Source: an uncultured Planctomycetales bacterium (GTDB lineage: Bacteria; Omnitrophota; Gorgyraeia; Gygaellales; JAHJCI01). From it: DNA of 51,588 bases. Made by a program: the position numbers and the translations under genes. The first letter of the stretch is position 1. Each line of letters opens with the position of its first letter. A model generated the notes under the pieces. It did not search any database. It was not told the DNA's origin and worked only from the letters and a program-made list of their open reading frames with translations. Location of the stretch: assembly GCA_964588765.1 (NCBI GenBank), contig CAZPQS010000001.1, positions 1-51,588 on the forward strand, written 5' to 3'. Shown piece by piece: positions 10,355-19,434 of the stretch.

Positions 10355-11395
10355 TTATGTTGGATAGTAACATAATCCGGATTCGCAATTAGAAGAGTAT
10401 ATATTGGAATATAGGGCTTTTATCTCCTCTTTAAAATCCTGCTTTCCTGAATTATCTTTAAGCAAATCTAGGGAGCTGTGAATAAATTTTATATCTCTGA
10501 TTTTCTTGGCGGTAAAATCTTCTCTGCCAACCACCTTGACGAATCCAATTTTAAATTTATTTAAATCGTATAATGCGCAGGCACCGCATCTATGCAAAAA
10601 GTGCTCAGCATCAAAAGATCCCAAAAGTCCTGTTCTTTTTTCTGCTTTCAATTTTAATCCGCCATCGGAAATTTCATAATTCAAGCAGCAACCCAGTTCT
10701 TTTCTAAATATAGCTTTCTGCAACCAAGACGTACTATCAGGATGTGAATTGAGAAATTTTCTTACAAATTTCACATTCCAAACTCTAGAGAGAAAAGGAT
10801 ATTTTGTTGCCATTAAGCCGTGAGCAAATGTGCAAAATCCATCTATGTTATGGCATTTTTGATTAAATACGAAGACCTCCAGTTCTATCTCAGGTGACTT
10901 ACGGGTAATGAGACCGATTTCCTCGATACTTAACTGCCTATCCAGTATAACTCTTGATACACCCAAATTTTTATAAAAAGCTACTGTTTGAGAATTAAAT
11001 GTGGTTGCTCCGGTCCCCATATGAATTTTTATATTATGCCCTCTATCCTTAATCATCAATAATAGATTAATATCTACCACTATTAATCCGTCTACGCCGG
11101 CATCTATCGCTCGCTCAGAGTCATCCAGGGCTAAATTGTATTGCCCTTCTGAATAGAATTCATTTATAGTGAAAAAAACAGGGATATTATGAGAATGTGC
11201 CAATTTAACTACCCGATTTAATTCTTTAAAATCATCTAAATTAGCAGACCTGCCGGGATGCCTATTGGGTGATGCAATATCGGTATATTTCTGCTGCCAC
11301 TCTTTTGTGTAAACACCGCAATATAATTCATCTGCCCCTGCCTGAATAACATCTTCTACCTCATATATCTTACTTATAGGAGCAACAAGCTTCAT
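10355..11395 (-). CDS. U32-family protein, UbiU-like
   Basis: 346 aa. Canonical U32 blocks GADELYCG, AGVDGLIVVD, GVSRVILDRQLS and EVFVFNQKCHNIDGFC (C-x6-C). Confidence 0.75.
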   Translation of the reverse strand: MKLVAPISKIYEVEDVIQAGADELYCGVYTKEWQQKYTDIASPNRHPGRSANLDDFKELNRVVKLAHSHNIPVFFTINEFYSEGQYNLALDDSERAIDAGVDGLIVVDINLLLMIKDRGHNIKIHMGTGATTFNSQTVAFYKNLGVSRVILDRQLSIEEIGLITRKSPEIELEVFVFNQKCHNIDGFCTFAHGLMATKYPFLSRVWNVKFVRKFLNSHPDSTSWLQKAIFRKELGCCLNYEISDGGLKLKAEKRTGLLGSFDAEHFLHRCGACALYDLNKFKIGFVKVVGREDFTAKKIRDIKFIHSSLDLLKDNSGKQDFKEEIKALYSNIYSSNCESGLCYYPT

Positions 11396-11416
11396 TTTAA
11401 TTTCTTTTAGCTAGCC

Positions 11417-12976
11417 TTAATTATCATACCAGCTTGGTTTTCTCAAGCACATAAAACCGGTAATACCCTCTGATTTGTTTCTTCCCATAAACATATCTTT
11501 AATTTCTAAAAATATCATTTTTAAGGTATTCCTGAAAAACCACCAATAAAGACCCCGCTTATGTTTATAAGGAGAGAATAATCCTCTGATTAACCAATGC
11601 GGTCGGTATAATACATATCTCTTATTAAGCTCTGTGTTCAATTTGGCAAATTCTTCCGTAGATAATCCCGCGCGAGAACGCATTACGGGAGTAGACCAAT
11701 CGTATTTCTTAAAGTCTTTTTCTGTCAAAAGATTGTTCTCTTTCGCATCCTGATAAAGCTGTGTCCCTGGGACAGGCGCAACCGGATGAAAAGCAGGATA
11801 ATCTATATCTATTTCTATTGCATATTTTACTAAATTCAGCATTGATTCTCTGGTATCAAAAGGTAAACACGTAACAAACGTCCCTTGCCTGAATACGCTG
11901 GGGTACTTCTTCTTAAAGATTAAGAAGACTTCCTTTACTAAATCCCTGGTATAAACAGATTTTCTAATCTCCCTAAGGTCTTCGGTGCAAGCCCTCTCTA
12001 TGCCAATTAGAGGATGCACTAATCCTGCTTTAACCATTTTTTCTAATATACCTAAACGCTCGTCTCTTAGAGCAAAATCTGCCCTTAAGAATGCCCACCA
12101 GTATAAATCCTTATAATTCCTCTTCAAAAGTTCTTCGCAGAACTCATCTGTCCATTTAGAATCAACATTAAATGTAGGATCTGCCCAGATTATATATCGC
12201 CTATTATATTTCTTATAAACAATATCTACCTCCTCTAACATTCTTGCTACACTTTTACTTCTATATTTAGGCATTACCTCTAATTCTCCCCTCTCTATAT
12301 CTGTCTTTAGATGTTTCCCCCAGAAGGTCCAAAGAGAACAAAAATTACATCTGTCTATGCATCCCCGCGAGTGCTCAAGGGTGGCGCTTTGCGGCCAAAG
12401 ATAACCAAAAGGAGAATACCTGCCCATAGGCATAAGGTCATAAGCAGGCAAGGGCAATGAATCTAAATCTTTAACTAAGGGGCGTAAGGGAGTCTTAATT
12501 ATCTGGCCGTTATCTCTATAAGCAATCCCTCTTACATTCAATAAGTCTGCACCCTTATCAAGGGCCTGAATTAGTTCCACTATTGTTTCCTCTCCCTCAA
12601 ATCTTACAATAATATCTATAGGATATTTATTTAAACTATGCTCTACCATCCAGGAAAAGAAATGTCCGCCGGCAACCGTAATTACTCCTGGATTTATCTT
12701 CTTAGCTAATTTAAATAATCTCACTGCCTCATGATGGTAAAGCGCCTCTTCGCCTGCACCAACGATATCAGGCTTTTCTTCTCGCAGTATTTTCTCCAGA
12801 GTCTTCCATCCTATCTTAAATGGTGGACAGTCAATAATTTTTACTTTTATATCAGGCAAGCTTGTTCTTATAGCTGATGCTATGCAGGGTAAACCCAAGG
12901 GTAGAAGAAAATTGTCAGACTCGTTTATAAAGGGCCAGAGGTACCGAGGTGGTCTTACTAATATTATTTTTTTCAT
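11417..12976 (-). CDS. B12-binding (class B) radical SAM enzyme
   Basis: 519 aa. MKKIILVRPP...LPLGLPCIASAI...IIVRFEGEE. Cluster motif SRGCIDRCNFC. Confidence 0.85.
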   Translation of the reverse strand: MKKIILVRPPRYLWPFINESDNFLLPLGLPCIASAIRTSLPDIKVKIIDCPPFKIGWKTLEKILREEKPDIVGAGEEALYHHEAVRLFKLAKKINPGVITVAGGHFFSWMVEHSLNKYPIDIIVRFEGEETIVELIQALDKGADLLNVRGIAYRDNGQIIKTPLRPLVKDLDSLPLPAYDLMPMGRYSPFGYLWPQSATLEHSRGCIDRCNFCSLWTFWGKHLKTDIERGELEVMPKYRSKSVARMLEEVDIVYKKYNRRYIIWADPTFNVDSKWTDEFCEELLKRNYKDLYWWAFLRADFALRDERLGILEKMVKAGLVHPLIGIERACTEDLREIRKSVYTRDLVKEVFLIFKKKYPSVFRQGTFVTCLPFDTRESMLNLVKYAIEIDIDYPAFHPVAPVPGTQLYQDAKENNLLTEKDFKKYDWSTPVMRSRAGLSTEEFAKLNTELNKRYVLYRPHWLIRGLFSPYKHKRGLYWWFFRNTLKMIFLEIKDMFMGRNKSEGITGFMCLRKPSWYDN

Positions 12977-13025
12977 TTCTATTTAAATAAAATCCTGATT
13001 TTCGCTGTCTATAACTTTATTTGTA

Positions 13026-14408
13026 TTATTGAATATACCCTAAGCTTCTTAGATTTTGTCTTGCATTATCATCCAAAAGCGCCTTTTGAGGATTTATATC
13101 TACATAAATAGGATAATTTTTTAACCAAATCTTTAATGCTTTCTTTAATTCGCCTTTCTCGGTTGAGAACTCTGGAGAATTATCATCTATAAAGTTATTG
13201 TATTCGTCCGGGATACGATAGAATTCCTCTTTTCCGTCCCGATGCAAAATATATTTAATATTTTTGTTTATCTCCCGGATGCTCCATTTTCTATGGTCAT
13301 AAGCATATATGTATTTTCTCTCTGCAGCTTCGTTCTTTACAACTCCTTTCAAATCTATACCGTCAAAGTTATTTTTATTAAAGAAATACCAAACGGGATT
13401 TACCTTATTTAAAATTGTAGGGACAACGTCTGTAGAAGACACGACTGCTGGAATTCTTCTCCCGCCTTTAAAATATCTATTATCTTTAATAATGAGGGGT
13501 ACGTGTAAAACTTCATCATACATATTTTCATGGTGAAAATATGTATTGTGTTCACCTAAGCTCTCTCCGTGGTCCGCAGTTAATATAATGAGGGTATTGT
13601 CTTTTATATTTTTTAGCAATTTGCCTATCTGAAAATCTGTATATAATATCTCGGCATCGTAACGAGCAATGTAGTAATTAAGGTTATATTTGTCTTTATG
13701 AAATGCTATTCTGGGTATATATCCCTTACTTACACTGGGGTTTGTATCATTAAAAGGATTTAGTTGTAATATCTTATCATTCTCCTTATAAAATCCATCG
13801 TTCTCAAAAATTCTGAAGTATTCTTCAGGGGCAGAATACGGAGTATGCGGATCAATGTAATGTATCCAGATAAAAAAAGGTTTATTGCCAGAATAATTAT
13901 TTAAGAAATTAATGACTTCGTTTGTTATAATTTCTGTATTATCCATATAATTTATGAAAATATCAAAACCCTGTTCAAATCCTGTCCCAATTCTAAGATG
14001 CCCGTTGTCTAAAAAAGCTCTAGTATAATAATTAAACCTTTTAAGATATTCTGCTAAAGTAGTAAATTTTCTATCAAATATATTAATATAATCGCCAAAT
14101 AAAATTTTAAAATCAGAAATTGCTAAATACCTTCCAGAAATAAGAGCGGGCAAAGCAAAAACAGTATTAGAAGATGTATTGAAACAATTCAAGAAACAAA
14201 CTCCCTGATTAGCTATTCTATCAATATTAGGAGTGGTTTTCCTTTTATATCCATAACAACCAAGATGATCAGGCCTTAAAGCATCAATGGTGATTAAAAC
14301 AATATTCGGACGGGCGAATCGATGTGCTCCGAGCAAAACAAGAATACCTCCTGTTGAGAAAAAAATTAAAAGAGCTACGGTTATCTTTTGCCTTTCATTT
14401 ATCCTCAT
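13026..14408 (-). CDS. Membrane-anchored sulfatase-family (alkaline phosphatase superfamily) protein without a C/S-x-P-x-R motif
   Basis: LITIDALRPDHLGCYGY metal-site block and ILTADHGESLGEH block. I placed the start at MRINERQK (14408) because the paralog at 32789..34174 starts MMRINRKQK. The longest ORF (to 14486) would overlap the upstream gene by 92 nt. Confidence 0.75.
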   Translation of the reverse strand: MRINERQKITVALLIFFSTGGILVLLGAHRFARPNIVLITIDALRPDHLGCYGYKRKTTPNIDRIANQGVCFLNCFNTSSNTVFALPALISGRYLAISDFKILFGDYINIFDRKFTTLAEYLKRFNYYTRAFLDNGHLRIGTGFEQGFDIFINYMDNTEIITNEVINFLNNYSGNKPFFIWIHYIDPHTPYSAPEEYFRIFENDGFYKENDKILQLNPFNDTNPSVSKGYIPRIAFHKDKYNLNYYIARYDAEILYTDFQIGKLLKNIKDNTLIILTADHGESLGEHNTYFHHENMYDEVLHVPLIIKDNRYFKGGRRIPAVVSSTDVVPTILNKVNPVWYFFNKNNFDGIDLKGVVKNEAAERKYIYAYDHRKWSIREINKNIKYILHRDGKEEFYRIPDEYNNFIDDNSPEFSTEKGELKKALKIWLKNYPIYVDINPQKALLDDNARQNLRSLGYIQ

Positions 14409-16446
14409 CTCTGAATAAACTCTTGCCCGATATATCCTTGGGTTTATTAATATCGAATAAGAATAATAGAGTCGGGGCAATATCAATAATTGAGGGATTC
14501 TTTAGATTTATCTTTTTATTGATAAATATTACCCCTGGAACCAAAGCGGGATCTATTAAATGGTCACCGCTCCATTTTCTTTTGTTATCTTCAATTAATA
14601 AGTTAGGAACTCCGCCCAAAGCAGTCTGCCAGGATGCACGGTAGCCCGCATTAAATCCCACAAATATATCTGGAGCATTATCTGCATAAGGGCCTTCAAA
14701 TGCATCTTCTTGGGCGTAAACATTATTTACGATTTTTTCGCCATTCTCAGGATCATGAAATCCCTTTAGTCCTTTTATAATTGCCTGTTTTAGAACTTGA
14801 GCTTCAGATTTATTTACGATTCCATAATATTCTCGACCAATCCTATTTAAATAAATTCCTCCGAAGCCCAACGCATACGCCTTTGTTTTTGACCAATCTA
14901 TGTCTTCAAAAAATTCTTTACTTTCATTTTTGCCTTCTTTCAGAAAGAGATACCCATTTTCTAAAAGCCAGCGGTTAAGATGAACGGCTCTTCGAAAAGA
15001 ACTGAATCCGTGGTCGGATAATATAATTAATATTGTATCCTTATCTATACTCTTTAAGATATCACCGATAATGCGGTCGATCTTCTCATAATATCTAAAA
15101 ATCGTATCTTGATATAAAGGGTCCTTTTCGTAAAGAGGGTGCCTGGAATCCAAATAGCGCCAGAATGTATGCTGAACCATATCTAAAGTATCGAAATAAA
15201 AAAAGAATATGCCGCCTTTAAATTTGCCCAATTCTTCTTTTAGAATCTTTTCCTTATCATCTAAAATTGCATCTGCTTGTTCTAAAAAGACTTTCTCATC
15301 TATTTTGCCCTCGGTTAACGCCCAAGCATCATGGGGCATACCCAAGGTGTAGTAAAAACCTATCTTCTTAGCCAATTTTTTAGAGTAATTATGGGGATAG
15401 GAAACAGGGAAAGGCGGCCTTTGGGGATCAAAATTTATCGCACTTAGATATAGATTAAATTCCGGACTGATAGATTTTAGATAAAATTTTGCTATACCAT
15501 AGACTTTTCTGAATGAGTTAATCTTAAAGGATAACGTTTGCCAATCGCTCCAACTGTTTTCCTTAAGAGTGAGGGACTTTCCTTGAAATTCAAGGGATAT
15601 ATTTTCTCCATTCGGAGCAAAAGCAATCCTTAAAGGAATTATGCTCTCGGTAGTCGACTTACCGGAAGCTAATTTTGGTCCATAGATTTCCGTATCAATT
15701 ATATTATTTTTAGACTCTACATGAATAATCCTGCCTTGACTGTCCTTATCTTCGTCGGTTAATTCTTTCATAGTATAAAAGGAAAATCTGCCCATTGTTC
15801 CATATAGATCTGGTACGCCCATACCCGAAAGCATCTTGCCTAAAATTTTATCGGGTGGAAAAGTATTGGGACAAAAATAGATAAAGCAAGGAATTCTATT
15901 TCTGGAAAAAATATTCCAGAAAGTCTCTCCTTTTCTGCGTATCTGGATTTTGACTTTGCCTTTAACGGTTGAAATCTCATTTAGACTCAGATAAGGAAGA
16001 TACGTTGCGGGGTCAAGCATAATGAAATCAAATATACCGTGACTGCCTGGATTTAGTCCGGTTGAAAAACTTGTCCAAGCTACGGCGGATTCAGCTGGAA
16101 CTGTAGTTGTCAGATGTGAATAGTTGCCTATCGTTTTAAGATAAGAAAAGTTAGGGAGTTTACCTTCGTGAAAGAGTCGCTCGGTAATGCGGGGGTCCAT
16201 GGCATCAATCCCTAATACTATTACCTTTTTATTAATCGCGGACTTATGCATCATTATTCCTCCGATAATTAAAATTAATAATACTAATAAAATAAAGATA
16301 ACCCAAATAAATTTTCTTAGAAATCTAAAGAAAAATCTAAAAAACAAAAATAAACTTCCGAGTAATCCTAAGATTAACCCCCATAGAAAAGATGTATTCT
16401 GGACAAATATGAACCCCTGGCCCGGGTCGACATAATAATTAACCAT
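14395..16446 (-). CDS. Membrane-anchored alkaline-phosphatase-superfamily enzyme (type I phosphodiesterase / nucleotide pyrophosphatase-like)
   Basis: 683 aa. Hydrophobic N-terminal helices. Blocks VLGIDAMDP, TTTVPAESAVAWTSFSTG, ILSDHGF and WSGDH. AGGAGG Shine-Dalgarno 6 nt upstream of the ATG. Confidence 0.7.
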   Translation of the reverse strand: MVNYYVDPGQGFIFVQNTSFLWGLILGLLGSLFLFFRFFFRFLRKFIWVIFILLVLLILIIGGIMMHKSAINKKVIVLGIDAMDPRITERLFHEGKLPNFSYLKTIGNYSHLTTTVPAESAVAWTSFSTGLNPGSHGIFDFIMLDPATYLPYLSLNEISTVKGKVKIQIRRKGETFWNIFSRNRIPCFIYFCPNTFPPDKILGKMLSGMGVPDLYGTMGRFSFYTMKELTDEDKDSQGRIIHVESKNNIIDTEIYGPKLASGKSTTESIIPLRIAFAPNGENISLEFQGKSLTLKENSWSDWQTLSFKINSFRKVYGIAKFYLKSISPEFNLYLSAINFDPQRPPFPVSYPHNYSKKLAKKIGFYYTLGMPHDAWALTEGKIDEKVFLEQADAILDDKEKILKEELGKFKGGIFFFYFDTLDMVQHTFWRYLDSRHPLYEKDPLYQDTIFRYYEKIDRIIGDILKSIDKDTILIILSDHGFSSFRRAVHLNRWLLENGYLFLKEGKNESKEFFEDIDWSKTKAYALGFGGIYLNRIGREYYGIVNKSEAQVLKQAIIKGLKGFHDPENGEKIVNNVYAQEDAFEGPYADNAPDIFVGFNAGYRASWQTALGGVPNLLIEDNKRKWSGDHLIDPALVPGVIFINKKINLKNPSIIDIAPTLLFLFDINKPKDISGKSLFRDEDK

Positions 16447-16452
16447 ATTCTG

Positions 16453-16458
16453 CCTCCT
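16453..16458 (-). promoter_or_regulatory. Shine-Dalgarno (AGGAGG) for the 14395..16446 CDS
   Basis: The plus strand reads cctcct, with a 6-nt spacer to the ATG at 16446-16444. Confidence 0.6.
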
Positions 16459-16465
16459 GTCGATT

Positions 16466-17674
16466 TCACAAGATAATTCCTACCGCCCGAATTTCGATAT
16501 TATCTTTGAGAATAAATCTTCCTAAGCTATTAGACTGCTTATAACCTTCCACTACCACCGGACTGTCAGTAACCAGGACTGCTTCGGCAAGATCAAATTG
16601 GCCCAATGAATCGCTTACGGATTTTGCTTCCAGGGTAGCTATATCCCAAATACCGGTTATCTGCTTAATCCGGACAGAAACATCCTGGGTAGTACATTTA
16701 AATCTCATGCTTTCTTTTATATCAAAAGGTTGGACGCAAAAAATTTTAGCCAAGACTTCTCGTACAACATGAGGCAAAGCTGGCTTACAGATAATCTGAC
16801 CGCGCTCCAGGCCGCTCATCTCATCCAGTACCAACCCAATGCTCTCCGGTGCCTTTGCCGCTGCTCTATTTCTATCAAAAACTCTTATTGTCTTTATGTT
16901 ACACTCTTTATTTATGGGTAGAATCTTAACTTTCTCGCCATTCCTTATGTTGCCAGAAATAATTTTTCCAATTGCTACCTTTTCCCCATTTATTCTATAG
17001 ATATCCTGTACCGAAAAACGGAAGTCGCCGTTCATCGTTTCTTTAAAACAAAGATTTAATATCTCGGCCAGCGGCAATCCCCTATACCAAGGCATCTTTT
17101 TAGATTCCTTACAGAGATTCTCTCCTTGTTTTGCTGAAACAGGTATAAAATATTTTGGTTCAATCCCTACTTTTTTAATGAGCCCTACTGCATCTTCTTT
17201 TACCCTTTCAAAAGTATTTTCATCAAAGTTAACTGAATCCATCTTATTCAATGCCAGAATAATCTGCTCTATCCCTAAGAATTTTAAGATAAAGGCGTGC
17301 CTTCTTGTCTGTTCTTCTATAGATTTCTGGACATCTACAACAAGTATAGCGATATCAGCGTAGGAACTGCCGCTGAGCATATTTTTGAGTAATTCCCGAT
17401 GCCCCGGGACATCAATAAAGATAAGCCCAATCCCTCTTTTAGTTTTACAGAAAACCTGAGCTGTATCTATGGTTAACTGGTTCCTCCTTTCTTCTTCAAA
17501 GCTGTCTAATAAATAAGCAAACTCAAAATCCCTATCCAGTCTTTGAGAGATATCTGCAATTTCTTCAATCGTTCCCTGAGAAAGTGAACCTGTCTCATAT
17601 AAAAATCTTCCAATTAAAGTAGACTTCCCTGAATCCACCTCTCCGGTTACTATTACTTTCAAGTAATCCCGCAT
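16466..17674 (-). CDS. cysN: Sulfate adenylyltransferase subunit 1 (GTPase), stand-alone form without an APS-kinase domain
   Basis: 402 aa. G1 GEVDSGKST, G3 DVPGH, G4 NKMD, with EF-Tu-like beta-barrel domains following. Located 2 nt downstream of cysD. Confidence 0.85.
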   Translation of the reverse strand: MRDYLKVIVTGEVDSGKSTLIGRFLYETGSLSQGTIEEIADISQRLDRDFEFAYLLDSFEEERRNQLTIDTAQVFCKTKRGIGLIFIDVPGHRELLKNMLSGSSYADIAILVVDVQKSIEEQTRRHAFILKFLGIEQIILALNKMDSVNFDENTFERVKEDAVGLIKKVGIEPKYFIPVSAKQGENLCKESKKMPWYRGLPLAEILNLCFKETMNGDFRFSVQDIYRINGEKVAIGKIISGNIRNGEKVKILPINKECNIKTIRVFDRNRAAAKAPESIGLVLDEMSGLERGQIICKPALPHVVREVLAKIFCVQPFDIKESMRFKCTTQDVSVRIKQITGIWDIATLEAKSVSDSLGQFDLAEAVLVTDSPVVVEGYKQSNSLGRFILKDNIEIRAVGIIL

Positions 17675-17676
17675 TT

Positions 17677-18492
17677 TTACATATAGCCCAATGACCTTAA
17701 TTTCTGCATCATATATTCTTTTTCTTTATCCTGGGCACGACCCGACCTTTCAGAAATTCGCGTATCCAGAATCTCTTTTATAACCTTACCGATGGTATTT
17801 GCTGATGATTCAATGGGTTGACAGCAGCACTCGCATCCAATACTGCGATATCTTCTATTTTTTTTAGCAAAATATAGATTTATTACCGGTAATCTTTCCC
17901 TTTTTATGTATCTCCATATATCAATCTCTTGCCAATGCAGCAAAGGGTGAATTCTCAAATGGGTACCTGCTTCTATTCCTGTTTTATAATATTCTGCCCA
18001 CAACTCCAGAGGCTGATTTTGATAATCCCATCTAAATTCTTTATCCCGCCAGGAAAAATACCTTTCCTTTGCCCTTATTGCATGCTCATCCCTTCTTATA
18101 GCAACGAGAAGGGCCTTGAAATTATATTTCTCGATTGCTTGTTTCAAGGCTTCGGTTTTTAAGGCATTACAACAATTGAATCTTCCCTTTTCAGGCGACA
18201 TACCTTCTTTTAAGGCTTTATCATTTTGGGCTATAATTAACTTCAGATTCCACATCTTCGCATATCTATCCCGGAATTCATATATCTGTCTAAATTTAAA
18301 GGTTGTATCAATATGAATAACAGGGATAGGAATCTTTCCCAAAAATGCCTTTCTCATTAGATGAACTAAAGTAGTGGAATCCTTACCCATACTCCATAAG
18401 GCAGCCAGATTATCTCTATACTCCCAATAGGCTTCTCGAATAATATAGATGCTTTTAGATTCTAATTCATCCAAATATGAAGTTTTTCTCAT
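17677..18492 (-). CDS. cysD: Sulfate adenylyltransferase subunit 2
   Basis: 271 aa. PP-loop SMGKDSTTLVHL. AIRRDEHAIRAKERYFS block. C-terminal RAQDKE...GYM. Confidence 0.9.
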   Translation of the reverse strand: MRKTSYLDELESKSIYIIREAYWEYRDNLAALWSMGKDSTTLVHLMRKAFLGKIPIPVIHIDTTFKFRQIYEFRDRYAKMWNLKLIIAQNDKALKEGMSPEKGRFNCCNALKTEALKQAIEKYNFKALLVAIRRDEHAIRAKERYFSWRDKEFRWDYQNQPLELWAEYYKTGIEAGTHLRIHPLLHWQEIDIWRYIKRERLPVINLYFAKKNRRYRSIGCECCCQPIESSANTIGKVIKEILDTRISERSGRAQDKEKEYMMQKLRSLGYM

Positions 18493-18515
18493 CTTTATGC
18501 CTAAAACATAAGTCT

Positions 18516-18547
18516 ATAAAAAATAACGCTGCCCATAGCTAAGGGCA
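18516..18547 (-). terminator. Weak hairpin plus U-rich tract (possible attenuator or partial terminator between the GT2 gene and cysD)
   Basis: The minus strand reads TGCCC-ttagctat-GGGCA followed by gcgttatttttta. The stem is only 5 bp. Confidence 0.2.
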
Positions 18548-18572
18548 CTAATACAACTGTTAATCTCACCGC

Positions 18573-19427
18573 CTATATTTCTTTTATCTCATTTAGGATT
18601 TCATTGCGCACATAAGAGTTGGCTATAAAAAGAAAGACCAAACGCGGTAAATCATAGAACAAACAAATAAAAGCCAATTTAAATCTATTTAATCGCCATT
18701 TGCTTAATAAAATTTTTCTATTCCGCCAGCAAAGATATTGACGTAACATTTTAGATGTACCGGAGCTATTGCCGATATGATAGCAGATAACCTGCGGATA
18801 AAACAGGGCTTTCCAGCCCTTTCTCTGTGCCCTCCAAGCCAAATCCACATCCTCCACCAGAAAGAAGAATCTTTCATCAAAATATCCCGTACCTTCCTTT
18901 ATTTCCTCAAGCATTTCTCTCTTATAGACTGCAGCCGCAGAGCAAGCGCCAAAAACATATTTAGAGACATTAAATTGACTGTTGTCAAATTTACCTCTGC
19001 CTATATCATAAAATCTCCTTAATTTAGAAAGGTAAATCCCGCAGCTGTAAATTGCTTTTCCGTCTTGTCTTAGAATCTTGGGCTGTAATATCCCTATATG
19101 GTCCTCTGACTCCTCTAAGAATCTTTCCATCTTCCTGAAAAAATCCGGCGTTAAACTTATATCGCAATCTAAAGTCAGAACCCAGTTACCAGAAGCAAGC
19201 CCGATCCCCTGATTCCTCGCTTTTGCTGCGCCGAGATTCTCTCTATTTTCAATCAATCTGACCTGCGGGTAAGTCTTCTCGACCAGATTAACTGTATTAT
19301 CCATTGAGCCGTTATCTACAATGATAACCTCAAGGTATGGATAATCTTGCGCAAATACAGTATCTAAACAATGTTCGATGAGCTTGCCGCTATTAAAGGT
19401 TGGAATGATAACGGAGATTTTAATCAT
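18573..19427 (-). CDS. GT2 family glycosyltransferase
   Basis: 284 aa. ISVIIPTFNSG, VDNGSMDNT, and the DxD-like LDCDI. Confidence 0.85.
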   Translation of the reverse strand: MIKISVIIPTFNSGKLIEHCLDTVFAQDYPYLEVIIVDNGSMDNTVNLVEKTYPQVRLIENRENLGAAKARNQGIGLASGNWVLTLDCDISLTPDFFRKMERFLEESEDHIGILQPKILRQDGKAIYSCGIYLSKLRRFYDIGRGKFDNSQFNVSKYVFGACSAAAVYKREMLEEIKEGTGYFDERFFFLVEDVDLAWRAQRKGWKALFYPQVICYHIGNSSGTSKMLRQYLCWRNRKILLSKWRLNRFKLAFICLFYDLPRLVFLFIANSYVRNEILNEIKEI

Positions 19428-19434
19428 TGCTATA

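Noticed and set aside
1111-11395. Taking the U32 proteins at face value as collagenase-type peptidases.
   Set aside because: Conserved multi-Cys patterns, the UbiU/UbiV-like pairing and the rSAM context fit the Fe-S hydroxylase role established for UbiU/V, RlhA and TrhP better. There is no signal peptide and no protease-substrate context.
14409-14486. A longer N-terminal extension of the sulfatase-family ORF (start at 14486).
   Set aside because: It would overlap the upstream CDS by 92 nt. The paralog at 32789..34174 begins at the equivalent of the internal MRINERQK, so I preferred the start at 14408.
17677-17700. The CysD C-terminus (LRSLGYM) as a fourth instance of the LGY tail motif.
   Set aside because: As far as I recall, CysD proteins in general end in a similar ..GY[FM] sequence. 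This is probably the native CysD terminus and a coincidence.
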